Assembly: GCA_040081625.1 (NCBI GenBank)
Contig: JBEBGD010000045.1
Span: forward strand, 1 to 39,468
DNA: 39,468 bases
DNA from: Chthoniobacteraceae bacterium
GTDB taxonomy: Bacteria; Verrucomicrobiota; Verrucomicrobiia; Chthoniobacterales; Chthoniobacteraceae
Direction: 5' to 3'
Below are positions 1-10,641 of this stretch, piece after piece; within the stretch, counting starts at the first letter, position 1; every line of letters starts with the position of its first letter. Both the position numbers and the translations under genes were made by a program. The notes under the pieces were generated by a model. The model made no database searches and was not told the origin of the DNA. It worked only from the letters and a program-made list of their open reading frames with translations.

Positions 1-1
1 T

Positions 2-208
2 TTCGAAGTCGCCGATGACTTCGCGCGCGCGCGGAGTGACGCTCGATGTGGTGACGACGAAGGATGGCGCGCGATCTTCCGTGGCGCCGTGTGGGGCGAG
101 ATCCTGCTCGGTCTCTCGCGCCTCCGCGCAGCTCTCGCAGATGGCACCGTCGGGCGCGTCGTCGGGCAACGGCGCGGCGCAGGTGGTGCAAATGCGGTTG
201 AGGGGCAT
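2..208 (-). CDS. Partial CDS (runs off the left edge), probable N-terminus of a Ser/Thr protein kinase
   Basis: Hand translation from ATG 208: MPLNRICTTCAAPLPDDAPDGAICESC...REVIGDFE. A CxxC..CxxC zinc-ribbon followed by IGDFE resembles the start of PVC-group Hanks-type kinases. The kinase domain itself is outside the window. Confidence 0.55.
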   Translation of the reverse strand, partial: MPLNRICTTCAAPLPDDAPDGAICESCAEARETEQDLAPHGATEDRAPSFVVTTSSVTPRAREVIGDFE

Positions 209-343
209 GGTGGGCGAGGCACCGCAGTAACAGCCGTGCCAGTTGGAAGCAAGCCAGACGGGTGGGACGGGCGAGTCGCGCGTTTCATCCAAACAGAGGC
301 TTTCAACCGCACGCGTGACGCACTACACGTCCCGCCCCGCGCC

Positions 344-1681
344 ATGCCCGACGCTCATCTCGATCTGCTCTTCGACTTCCTCCGCTTCCCGAGTGTCTCG
401 ACCGATCCTGCGCGCAACTCCGCGACCGCCGCGTGCGCGCAGTGGCTTGCGGAGCGGCTCACGGACTTCGGGCTCGCGGCGCAGGTGCATCCGACGGCGG
501 GGCATCCCGTCGTCGTCGCGCGCAACGAGCACCGCGCGGGACGGCGCACGGTCTTGATCTACGGGCATTACGACGTGCAGCCGGAGGATCCCGTGAGCGA
601 GTGGAAGTCGGCGCCGTTCGAGCCGGTCGTGCGCGATGGCGTGACCTACGCGCGCGGCGCGACGGACAACAAAGGCCAGATCCTCGCGCACATCCTCGGC
701 GTCGCGGAGACGTTGAAGACGAAGGGCGAGCTGCCGGTGAATCTCATCTTCCTCATCGAGGGCGAGGAGGAGATCGGCTCGAAACACCTTGAGGCTTTCC
801 TCACCGCGCATCGCGACGAGTTGAAGTGCGATGTGATCGCCGTGAGCGACACCGGCATGGTCGCGCCGGGCGTGCCGACGTTCACCTACGGGCTGCGCGG
901 CATTCTCACGATGGAGCTGCGTGTGAGCGGGCCGCGCACCGACTTGCACTCGGGCATCTACGGCGGCGCGGTGGCGAATCCGCTCACCGCGCTCGCGCGC
1001 CTGCTCGCGACGCTGCACGCAGACGACGGCCGCATCGCGGTGCGCGGCTTTTACGACAATGTCCACGCGCTCGCCGAGTGGGAGCGCGAGGCGTGGGCGC
1101 GGCTGCCGTTGGGCGATGAAAAGATGCTGCAACTGACCGGCTCGCCGGCGCTCTTCGGCGAAGCCGGCTACACGAGCATCGAGCGGCTGTGGGCGCGGCC
1201 GACTGCGGAGGTAAATGGATTCGGCGGCGGCTTTCAGGGCGTCGGGTCGAAGACGGTGCTGCCGCGCGAGGCGTTCGCGAAGCTGAGCTTCCGGCTCGTG
1301 CCGGCGCAGACGCCGCAGGAGATCGCGGAGAAAGTTTCCGAGCATCTGCGCGCGCATTGTCCGCCGGGCGTCGCGCTCGACATCCAGCCCGGTCACAGCG
1401 GCGAGTCGTATCTCGCCGATCCGCACTCGCGCTTCGGCAAGGCAGCGCAGCGCGCGCTAGCCCGGGCGTTCGATACGCCGGACGTGGCGCTCATCCGCGA
1501 AGGCGGCAGCATCCCGATCATCACCACCTTCAAGCGCGTGCTCGGCGTGGACACGCTGCTGCTCGGCCTCGCGCTGCCGGACTGCGCCGCGCACGGGCCG
1601 AACGAGAATTTCCCCGTCGCGAACTTCGAAGCCGGGATTCGCCTCAACCAATCGCTCATCGAGGAACTCGCTCGCGCATGA
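344..1681 (+). CDS. M20/M25/M40 family metallopeptidase (dipeptidase-like)
   Basis: Motifs YGHYDVQP, ARGATDNKGQ, IEGEEEIGS, DLHSG, GGSIP, AHGPNE. Start taken at ATG 344 (MPDAHLDLL). Confidence 0.92.
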   Translation: MPDAHLDLLFDFLRFPSVSTDPARNSATAACAQWLAERLTDFGLAAQVHPTAGHPVVVARNEHRAGRRTVLIYGHYDVQPEDPVSEWKSAPFEPVVRDGVTYARGATDNKGQILAHILGVAETLKTKGELPVNLIFLIEGEEEIGSKHLEAFLTAHRDELKCDVIAVSDTGMVAPGVPTFTYGLRGILTMELRVSGPRTDLHSGIYGGAVANPLTALARLLATLHADDGRIAVRGFYDNVHALAEWEREAWARLPLGDEKMLQLTGSPALFGEAGYTSIERLWARPTAEVNGFGGGFQGVGSKTVLPREAFAKLSFRLVPAQTPQEIAEKVSEHLRAHCPPGVALDIQPGHSGESYLADPHSRFGKAAQRALARAFDTPDVALIREGGSIPIITTFKRVLGVDTLLLGLALPDCAAHGPNENFPVANFEAGIRLNQSLIEELARA

Positions 1682-3198
1682 AGCTCCGCGAGGTGCTGTG
1701 GTGGTGTGCGCCGGCGTTCGTCGTCGCGTTCGTGCTCCGCGCGCTGCTCTCGACGGCGATGCCATTTGCCTACGTCCAGCACGACTCGAGTCGGCTGCTC
1801 ATCGCGCCCGAGGCGTGGTTCGTGGTCGGGCCGACTGACACGTTCAGCGACACGGTGCCGCCGCTCGTGCCGTCGCTGTGCCGCCTCGCGCAGCGCGGGC
1901 CGATTCCGGCGCTCGTCGCGATCCAGCTTGTGCAGCACGCGCTCGGCTTGCTTCAGGTGCTGATTGCCGGCGCGCTCGTGCGGCTTTGGTTTGTGCGATG
2001 GAAGTGGTGGATCATCCCCGCGACGATCCTCTTTGCGGTGCATCCGTCGTTTCTGTGGTTCGAGCACACGGTCATGCTGGAGACGGCCTACGTCTTTGCG
2101 CTGATGCTGCTCGCGCTCGCGGGCACGTGGCTCCTGCGCGCGCCGTCGCTGCCCGCGGCGGGTGTCGTGTGCGGCGCGCTTTTGCTGGTCGCATTCACCC
2201 GACCTGAGGGGAAACTCTTCGCTGCATTTGGCGCGCTCGCGCTGGTCGTCGCGTTCTGGAAGGATTGGCGTTCGCTGGCGGCAAGTGCCGCGATCTTCGC
2301 CGCCACGCTGGCCGGCATCGCACTCGGCACGGTGCCGGGCGAATCGGGCCTGCTCCTCTACTCGAGCGTGCTCCACCTCAGCCCGGAGACGCCGCGGAAG
2401 TTTCCCGAGGTCGCGCCCTACGTCGCGACCCTGCGGCGTGAAGCCATCGAGAGTGCAAAGCAGGGGCCGGCTTTCGTGTCGCGGCCGCAGCGCGAGGCGC
2501 TGGAGGCGGTGCTCGGGCGATACGTGCAGGAGCATCCCGGCGCGGGCCGCGGGGAGAACATCTCGCGGCGTGTGAATGCCGTGGCGAAGTCGCTCGCCTT
2601 CGAGACATGCCTGCGCGCGCCGTGGTCTTTGGTGCCGCTCGCGGCGCAGAAGTTCCGCGCGACCGCCGATGAACTCGCGAACGGAAGGCTCAACGGGGCC
2701 TGGCTCCACGAGCGGCAAATTTCGCGGCTCAGCGCCGCGTGGATCTACGTGCAGCCGATCGCGCCCGGTCTCTACGGCCGCGCGTTCACGGATCGCGACG
2801 GGATGGCGGCGTTCATCAAGGCCTCATTCCCTCCGGGCCGTGTCGCATGGTTTGAGTGGCTGCACGAGGCGTGGGGCGAGTTTTACGATCGGCGTCTGCC
2901 CGACACGCGCTTCCAGGGCGACCGACTGCACGGCCTGCCGTGGGTATATTTGATCGCGCTGGCGGGCGCGACGGCTGCGGTGCTGCGCGCGCTACCCACG
3001 CGTCGTTTTCAAGTGTGTTGGGTGCTGATGCTGGGCGGCCTGTGGTTCGTCGTGATGGTCACCGCAAATGAGCGGGCACGCTTCCGAATGGGATTCGAGC
3101 CGTTTGTGTTTCTGTATCTGCTCGTCGCGCTGGACGAAGTCGCGACCGTCGTTGCCCGGATCAGTCGAGGTCTTCGCTCGCGCCTTTCTCGTTCTTGA
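1678..3198 (+). CDS. Multi-pass membrane protein, GT-C/ArnT-PMT-like glycosyltransferase architecture
   Basis: ATGA overlap with the upstream gene. Many hydrophobic segments; HDS after TM1, [13 protein letters not shown], and a C-terminal ARFR motif. Confidence 0.6.
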   Translation: MKLREVLWWCAPAFVVAFVLRALLSTAMPFAYVQHDSSRLLIAPEAWFVVGPTDTFSDTVPPLVPSLCRLAQRGPIPALVAIQLVQHALGLLQVLIAGALVRLWFVRWKWWIIPATILFAVHPSFLWFEHTVMLETAYVFALMLLALAGTWLLRAPSLPAAGVVCGALLLVAFTRPEGKLFAAFGALALVVAFWKDWRSLAASAAIFAATLAGIALGTVPGESGLLLYSSVLHLSPETPRKFPEVAPYVATLRREAIESAKQGPAFVSRPQREALEAVLGRYVQEHPGAGRGENISRRVNAVAKSLAFETCLRAPWSLVPLAAQKFRATADELANGRLNGAWLHERQISRLSAAWIYVQPIAPGLYGRAFTDRDGMAAFIKASFPPGRVAWFEWLHEAWGEFYDRRLPDTRFQGDRLHGLPWVYLIALAGATAAVLRALPTRRFQVCWVLMLGGLWFVVMVTANERARFRMGFEPFVFLYLLVALDEVATVVARISRGLRSRLSRS

Positions 3199-4292
3199 GC
3201 CCGCGCAGCTTGCCCTCGATGAACTCATCGATCTCGCCGTCCATCACCGCGCTCACGCCGCTGGTCTGCACGCCGGTGCGCAGGTCCTTGACCATCTGAT
3301 ACGGCTGGAAGACGTAGCTGCGGATCTGGCTGCCGAAGGCGACCTCGGATTTCTCGCCGTATTGCCTCGCGAGCTCGACGTTCTGCCTGTCGGTCTCCAT
3401 CTGCTGGATTTTCGCGGCGAGCAGGCGCATCGCGCGGACTTTGTTTTGCGCCTGGCTGCGCTGATCCTGGCACGCGGCGACGAGCCCCGTCGGCAGATGC
3501 CGGATGCGCACGGCCGTCTCGACCTTGTTCACGTTCTGTCCGCCCTTGCCGCCGGCGCGGTAGGTATCGATCTCGATGTCCACTTCGTTGATCTCGATCG
3601 GCGCGCTCTCGGGCAACTCGGGGACGACATCGACGGCCGCGAAGCTCGTGTGCCGGCGCTTGTTCGAGTCGAAGGGCGAGATGCGCACGAGGCGGTGAAC
3701 GCCGCGTTCGCACGCGAGGTAACCGAACGCATTTTCGCCCTGCACGTTGATCGTCGCGGACTTGATGCCTGCCTCGTCGCCGACCTGGATATCGACGATC
3801 GAAGTCTTGAAGCCGCGCCGCTCGCACCAGCGCTGATACATGCGCAGGAGCAGGTCGGCCCAGTCGCACGCCTCGGTGCCGCCGGCACCCGATTGCACGG
3901 AGAGGAAGGCGTTGCAGCGATCGGTCGGGCCGCTGAGCAGGGTCTTGAGTTCGAGTTCGTCGAGCGTCTTGGAAATCGCCGCGAATTCCTTTGCGACCTC
4001 GGCCTGCGCTGTGGCCTGGTCGGCTTCTTCGGCGGCGAGTTCGACGAGCACCTCGAAGTCATCGACCTGCCGCTCGACGGCGAGCACGGGCTGGATCTTG
4101 CCGCGGACCGAGGAGACTTCCTCGACGTCGGCCTGCGCTCGCTCGCGGCTGTCCCAGAAATCCGGCGCGCTCATGCGCGTTTCGATTTCGCTCAGGCGAC
4201 TTTGGAGTTTCGGGAAGTCAAAGGAACCTCCGCAGTTCGGCCACGCGGGCTTTCAATGCGGAGGGCGGGAAGTTGGCGAGTTCGGTGGACAT
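3161..4292 (-). CDS. prfB: Peptide chain release factor 2, programmed +1 frameshift
   Basis: SPF and GGQ motifs, [12 protein letters not shown]. The first ORF (ATG 4292) ends at CTT TGA C (4223-4217), preceded by GGAGG. Confidence 0.97.
4217..4232 (-). promoter_or_regulatory. prfB +1 frameshift site with internal Shine-Dalgarno-like sequence
   Basis: Minus strand reads CGG AGG TTC CTT TGA C. Confidence 0.95.
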
Positions 4293-4331
4293 GGAGAAAG
4301 TGAGTGAATGATTTGCGGCGTCGGATGCGGC

Positions 4332-4377
4332 TGTAGCCGCGTCGCTCTGCGACGCGCACGGCGCGCCGGGCACCGTG
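4332..4377. repeat. GTAG-type REP-like palindrome (intergenic, between ftsB and prfB)
   Basis: TGTAGC followed by hairpin CGCGTCGC-TCT-GCGACGCG and a second CACGG..CCGTG stem. Related to 26938-26987. Confidence 0.6.
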
Positions 4378-4389
4378 AGAAGCGATGCG

Positions 4390-4749
4390 TCAGGGATTCC
4401 TGCGCAGCTTGGCCGGGTCGATCTTCGGCGGGTCGAGGCGGTAGATCGTCTCGCCTTCCTTCATCAGGTCGAGTTTGTCGCGCGCGATCAGTCCGGCGTA
4501 ATCGGAGTCGCGGCGCATGAGCGTCTCTTCGCGCTCGAAGCGGGCGAGTTGCATTTTCTCCCGCTCGAGATCCGCCTTCAGCGACTCGATCCGCTGGCGC
4601 TGTTCCTTGCGCTTGGTGACTTCCGGCAGAAAGGAATACGCCACCGGCACGCTCGCGCACATGAGGATGAGCGCGATGACGAGTCTATTGAGGGAATTCC
4701 AAATCCCTCCGTTGGGTTGGTTGTTGAGGTCGCGGGCGAATACGCTCAC
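4390..4749 (-). CDS. ftsB: Septum formation initiator family protein (FtsB/DivIC)
   Basis: One TM segment, a coiled coil and IARDKLDLMKEGETIY. Lies directly downstream of eno. Confidence 0.8.
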   Translation of the reverse strand: MSVFARDLNNQPNGGIWNSLNRLVIALILMCASVPVAYSFLPEVTKRKEQRQRIESLKADLEREKMQLARFEREETLMRRDSDYAGLIARDKLDLMKEGETIYRLDPPKIDPAKLRRNP

Positions 4750-6060
<1,311 letters not shown>

Positions 6061-6125
6061 TCAGGTGCTCCGGAAGGAGCGAGCGCGGTGACTAGACGTT
6101 GCCCGCTCCCGACGCAAGCGCCGCC

Positions 6126-7010
6126 TCACTGCACCGTCACACCCGGCGGCTGATAGGCGACGGCCTGGCCGTTCTTGCTCAGCCGCACGGCTTCGGGCTC
6201 GCGGATCTCGATGTAGAAGCGCGTGCCCTTGAGCTTGAGCGCGCCGACTTTCGGGTAGAGCACGTCGTCGAAGATCGGCTCGGCGTTCGGGTCGTCGCGC
6301 CGGATGCGGATCCACGTTTTCTTGAGCGGCTCGACGATGAGTTCGTTCACTTGCGGCAACGACGCCGGCTGCGGCGTGGCGGGTGTGTTCGCGAGAAAGG
6401 CGCGGTCCGGGTTGTTCGCGAATGGCGCCGGAGTCGGTTTCGGCGGGATGATGCTCGTGGTATTTGCGGCGGTCTCGGGAGGTTCGACGACGGATGGGGC
6501 GGGGGTGGTGCCGGGTTTGACCGATTCGACGTTGGACGCGCCTTTCGCGTCGTTCTCGAGCCGCTGCGCCTGGAGGTAGAGGTGGAAGGCGAAGGCGCCG
6601 CCGCCGACGAGCAGGATGAACACGATGAGCGGCGCGATCGACGGGCGGCGGTTCTTGGGCGCTTCCTCGCGGCGGCGCGGAGTGGAGCGGCTCGGCTCGG
6701 CGTCGGGAACGACGTTGAGGTATTGGTATTCCTCGATGCTGATCGGGTTGCCACTTTGCAGGCCGCGGGCGACTTCGCGCACTTCGACGCCGAGGAATTT
6801 TCCGTAGATGAGCAGGAAGCCGCGCGCGTAGGTGTTGCTCGCGAAGCTCGAGTAGTCGTCGGCTTCGAGCGCGGCGATCTGTGATTTTCGGATGCGGGTC
6901 TCAAGCGCGGCTTCCTCGACGGTGAGGCCGCGCGCTTCGCGGGCCTTGGCGAGTTTTCTGCCGACGGGTTCGACCAGTGGTGTCATTTCGGAAAGAGGTG
7001 GCCGGCTCAC
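6126..7010 (-). CDS. rodZ: RodZ-like helix-turn-helix membrane protein
   Basis: N-terminal HTH (AREARGLTVEEAALETRI...YARGFL), one TM segment, Pro-rich linker and C-terminal beta domain. Follows ftsK. Start may be ATG 6986. Confidence 0.8.
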   Translation of the reverse strand: MSRPPLSEMTPLVEPVGRKLAKAREARGLTVEEAALETRIRKSQIAALEADDYSSFASNTYARGFLLIYGKFLGVEVREVARGLQSGNPISIEEYQYLNVVPDAEPSRSTPRRREEAPKNRRPSIAPLIVFILLVGGGAFAFHLYLQAQRLENDAKGASNVESVKPGTTPAPSVVEPPETAANTTSIIPPKPTPAPFANNPDRAFLANTPATPQPASLPQVNELIVEPLKKTWIRIRRDDPNAEPIFDDVLYPKVGALKLKGTRFYIEIREPEAVRLSKNGQAVAYQPPGVTVQ

Positions 7011-9502
7011 AAGGCGTCCAGGTCGCGGAGAATCTCGCGTGGTTTGGCTCCTTCGCCGGCACCGACGAAACCGCGTTGCTCGAGGATGTCAAGAATGCGG
7101 GCGGCGCGCGTGTAGCCGAGCCGGAGGCGGCGCTGAAAGAGTGAGGTGCTGGCTTTTTTCTCCTGTCGCATGACTTCGATGCACTTCTCGACCAGTTCTT
7201 CGTCTTCGTCGCTGACTTCTTCCCCATCCGCTGCGGCGGCGGAGCTGAGCCGCTCGTGGATGGCGACTTCAAATTGCGGTCCCTGCTGCTGCTCGGCGTG
7301 TTTGACGAGGCGGTGGACTTCCTCGTCGGTCACGAGCACGCCTTGCGAGCGGGTCATCTTCGCGGTGCCGGGTGGACGATAGAGCATGTCGCCCTGGCCG
7401 AGCAGTCGCTCGGCTCCGTTCTCATCGAGGATGACGCGCGAATCGAGCGGGCTGCTGACTTGAAAGGCGATGCGGCAGGGGACGTTGGCCTTGATGACGC
7501 CGGTGATCACGTCGGCGCGCGGGGTCTGCGTGGCGATGATCATGTGGATGCCGGCGGCACGCGCCTTTTGGGTGAGGCGCGCGATGGCGCTCTCGACATC
7601 GGCTGGCGCGGTCTGCATGAGGTCGGCGAGCTCATCGACGATGATGACGATGTAGGGCATCCGGTCGGGGATGAAGAGTTCATCGACTTCGCGGGGGACG
7701 GCGATCTTCGGCTTGGGCGCGGGGGCGTCGAAGATCTCGGCATCCGACATCGCATCGAAGTCGATGGTGGGCTGTTCGATGATGGGCTCGCGTGCGGGCT
7801 CGGGCTCGGGGGCATCCGCCTCGTCGGCGTCGGCGTCGAGTTCGGCCTGCGTCTTCGGCAGCGGTCGGGCGTTGAAGCTGGTGATGTTGCGCACTTCAGC
7901 CTTGGCGAAGATCTCGTAGCGTTTGTCCATCTCCTCGCAGGCCCAGCGCAGGGCGAGCAGAACTTTTTTCGGGTCGGTGACGACGGGGACGACGAGGTGC
8001 GGGAGCGAGTTGTATTGCTGCATCTCGACGACCTTCGGATCGATCATGATCAGCCGCAGGTCGGCAGGCGTGAAGCGGTAGAGAATGCTGGCGATGATCG
8101 CGTTGATGCAGACGCTCTTGCCCGAGCCGGTGGTGCCGGCGACGAGCAGGTGCGGCATCGCGGCGAGGTCGGCGATGACGGTTTTGCCATACACGTCCTT
8201 GCCGAGCGCGAGCGGGATTTTCGCCTTGGTGTGGTGGAAGTCGTCGCCTTCGAGCAGCTCGCGCAGCGTTACTTTTTGTTTCTTCGAGTTGGCGATCTCG
8301 ATGCCGACGGTGTCCTTGCCGGGGATGGGCGCGAGGATGTTGATGCGCTCGGCGCGCGTGGCGCGGGCGAGGTCGCGCTCGAGATTCGAGATGCGGTCCA
8401 CGCGAATGCCGTAGGCGGGATAGACCTCGTAGCGGGTGATCGTCGGGCCGCGGGTGATGTCGCCCGGCGACGCGCCGATGCTGAATTGCGCGAGCGTATC
8501 GATGATCTTTTGCTGCACGGCGAGGAGCTCCTCGGGGTTGGCCGCTTCGCGCTCGGAGAGGTCCACTTCGTCGAGCAGCGAGATGGAAGGCAACTCGTAG
8601 CCTTCGGCGGAGATCGGCGTGAGCGGCAGGAATTTGTCGGTCTTCTTTTTCGCCTTCTTTTCCGGCGTGGAAGCATTCGCGTCGATGATCTGCGGCGCGG
8701 GGCGCGGCGGCTCGACCGGCTCGTCGGCAGGCTCGGCGATGAGCTTGAATTCCTCGTCGGCCGTCGGCGGTGCATCGGACTCCGGCTCGTCGGCCGGCAC
8801 CGGGACTCCTCGCTTTCGCATCGAGCGCTCGAGCCTGCGCGCTTGGCGCTCGAGATCCTGCGACTCGAGGGCGAGCCGTTCCTGCTCGTCCGCGCGCGCG
8901 ATGCGCCACGCGAGGATTTTGTTTCGCACCCGGGACGGGACGGCGGCGATCCAACGCGCCGCAGCGATCGGACGCACGCCGGTGGCGAGCGTGAGGCTGA
9001 CAAAATAGAGGACGATGACGATGAGCGTGGCGCCGACGGTGCCGAGCAGTTTCTGGAAGACGAGTGCGCCGAGCCATTTTCCGATCCATCCGCCTTCGCT
9101 CTCGAGACTCATGAGCCGCGCATCGATGAGGGCAAAGGGAAGGATCTCCGCGAGGCACGCGCCGGTCAGCACGAGCGCGACGGCCCAGGCCGCGCGCCGG
9201 CGGAGCTCGAACTCGGGATTGAGCAGCTTCACGCCGCCGTAGCCGAGCAGCAGCGCGGTGACCAGGTAGCTCGCCGCGCCGAGCAGCGAGTAGAGCGAGC
9301 AGGCGAAGATCGCGCCGACGGGGCCGATGTAATTGACCGTCTTTACGTTCGCCGGATCGTTGCTGTGGAGGGGAAACCACGTGGGAACGTCCCGCGGATG
9401 ATACGAGATCAGTGCGAGGAAAAGCAGGAGACCGAGGCCGAGCAAGCTCAGCGCGACGGCTTCATCGACGGAATGCGAGTGGGACTCGCGGGCGCGGGCC
9501 AT
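7007..9502 (-). CDS. ftsK: DNA translocase FtsK
   Basis: N-terminal TM domain, Walker A AGTTGSGKS, IDPK, DELAD, ATQTP, and gamma domain QRRLRLGYTRAAR. Confidence 0.97.
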   Translation of the reverse strand: MARARESHSHSVDEAVALSLLGLGLLLFLALISYHPRDVPTWFPLHSNDPANVKTVNYIGPVGAIFACSLYSLLGAASYLVTALLLGYGGVKLLNPEFELRRRAAWAVALVLTGACLAEILPFALIDARLMSLESEGGWIGKWLGALVFQKLLGTVGATLIVIVLYFVSLTLATGVRPIAAARWIAAVPSRVRNKILAWRIARADEQERLALESQDLERQARRLERSMRKRGVPVPADEPESDAPPTADEEFKLIAEPADEPVEPPRPAPQIIDANASTPEKKAKKKTDKFLPLTPISAEGYELPSISLLDEVDLSEREAANPEELLAVQQKIIDTLAQFSIGASPGDITRGPTITRYEVYPAYGIRVDRISNLERDLARATRAERINILAPIPGKDTVGIEIANSKKQKVTLRELLEGDDFHHTKAKIPLALGKDVYGKTVIADLAAMPHLLVAGTTGSGKSVCINAIIASILYRFTPADLRLIMIDPKVVEMQQYNSLPHLVVPVVTDPKKVLLALRWACEEMDKRYEIFAKAEVRNITSFNARPLPKTQAELDADADEADAPEPEPAREPIIEQPTIDFDAMSDAEIFDAPAPKPKIAVPREVDELFIPDRMPYIVIIVDELADLMQTAPADVESAIARLTQKARAAGIHMIIATQTPRADVITGVIKANVPCRIAFQVSSPLDSRVILDENGAERLLGQGDMLYRPPGTAKMTRSQGVLVTDEEVHRLVKHAEQQQGPQFEVAIHERLSSAAAADGEEVSDEDEELVEKCIEVMRQEKKASTSLFQRRLRLGYTRAARILDILEQRGFVGAGEGAKPREILRDLDAL

Positions 9503-9511
9503 CAGGCGCGC

Positions 9512-9539
9512 AGAGTAGTGAGATTGCGGCGCGATTCAA
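9512..9539 (-). promoter_or_regulatory. Putative sigma70-type promoter of ftsK
   Basis: TTGAAT-N16-TACTCT, 9 nt upstream of the ATG. Confidence 0.45.
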
Positions 9540-9561
9540 TGCTGCTCCGCAGCGAAATAAA

Positions 9562-9930
9562 TCAGGCGGCCAGCGAGTCGGCTGTGCGGGAGAGCACGGC
9601 GCACAGTTCGTCGAAGGCGACCGGCTTGGTCAGCCAGCCGTCGGGTTGGCAGCGCCGGGCCGAGGGGAAGTCGGCCGAGACGAGCCCGCTCATGAAGATG
9701 ATCTTCGCGTCCGGGATTCGCGACCGGAGCTGCCCGGCGACGGTGAATCCGTTCAAGCGCGGCATCACGACATCGAGCAGCAGGCAGTCGGGCCGATGCC
9801 GCTCGTAGCTCTGCAGGACGGCGAGGCCGCCCGCGGTCTCGATCCCCACGACTTCGTGCCCGGCAGCCGCGACGAAGGCTCCCATGAACTCCGCGCAAAG
9901 CTTGTCGTCGTCGGCGATGAGGACTCTCAT
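9562..9930 (-). CDS. Single-domain response regulator (receiver only)
   Basis: MRVLIADDD, LLLDVVMPRLNG, FMSG, TKP. Confidence 0.88.
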   Translation of the reverse strand: MRVLIADDDKLCAEFMGAFVAAAGHEVVGIETAGGLAVLQSYERHRPDCLLLDVVMPRLNGFTVAGQLRSRIPDAKIIFMSGLVSADFPSARRCQPDGWLTKPVAFDELCAVLSRTADSLAA

Positions 9931-9937
9931 GGCCGGG

Positions 9938-10420
9938 TCAGGCGGCAAGCAGCAGCTCGCGCAGTTCGACGAAGGCGAGCATCTCCTGGATCTCGTCCAT
10001 GTGGAATGGCTTGATGAGCACCATGCCGTTCACCGAGTTGATGAACTCGTTGATCTTCTGGTTGCCCCGGTAGCCGGTCATGAAGATGAACCGCTCGCAG
10101 AGGTGCGGCCGCATTCGCTCGACTGCGCGGTAAAACATGTCCCCCGGCAACGTGGGCATCTGCATGTCGCACAGGATCGCGTCGAAATCGCCGGCGAGAA
10201 CCTCGTGGACGCCCTCGACTCCGTTTTGCACCGTCACGACCGAGAGCCCCTGGTCGGTGAAATAGCAGTGCATGATGTCGCGGAAAGCCTGGTCGTCTTC
10301 GAGCACGAGAATCTTGCGGCAGCGCTTGTCAGCGGGATTGGGATTTATGCGGAGATTTGCGACGGACGCCGGTTTGGCGTCGGGCAGGGAGGGGAGACTC
10401 AAAGCAGCGGTGGCGGACAT
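9938..10420 (-). CDS. Response regulator receiver protein with short N-terminal extension
   Basis: ILVLEDD, ILCDMQMP, FMTG, IKPF. Start taken at ATG 10420 (MSATAAL). Confidence 0.85.
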   Translation of the reverse strand: MSATAALSLPSLPDAKPASVANLRINPNPADKRCRKILVLEDDQAFRDIMHCYFTDQGLSVVTVQNGVEGVHEVLAGDFDAILCDMQMPTLPGDMFYRAVERMRPHLCERFIFMTGYRGNQKINEFINSVNGMVLIKPFHMDEIQEMLAFVELRELLLAA

Positions 10421-10641
10421 GGCGGTGATTTGGTGTGATGTATTTTCTATAAAGCAGGGCATGTGCCCCAATCGCCTCGAGATTTCATCGCTCGAAATCC
10501 CGGTTCCGATCCGGGGTTCGTCCCGAAACCTGACCTGCCCACGTGCCGCAAAAATAGTCATTGACCGCGGGCGCCAATTCCTGCTTTTACGGCACCCGGC
10601 GCCGAGTGGTGCCCCAACCAATCAACTAAATCGGAACCTAT

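Noticed and set aside
89..343. N-terminal extensions given by the ORF track (also for 1189, 16428, 18335, 31221 and others)
   Set aside because: They overlap neighbouring genes and precede the recognisable family N-termini. Downstream ATGs were chosen instead.
3161..3198. 38-nt convergent overlap of the membrane-protein gene and prfB
   Set aside because: Short tail-to-tail overlaps are common in GC-rich genomes.
7256..9808. Long antisense ORFs (850 aa opposite ftsK, and similar ones opposite prfB, eno, glgB and the M60 gene)
   Set aside because: Shadow frames expected from high GC3 codon bias. They have no motifs and fully overlap well-supported genes.
10561..10615. TTGACC and a GGCACC..GGTGCC inverted repeat upstream of the outer-membrane protein gene
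   Set aside because: No convincing -10 at a suitable spacing and no sigma54 -12 element. Too weak to call a promoter, operator or riboswitch.
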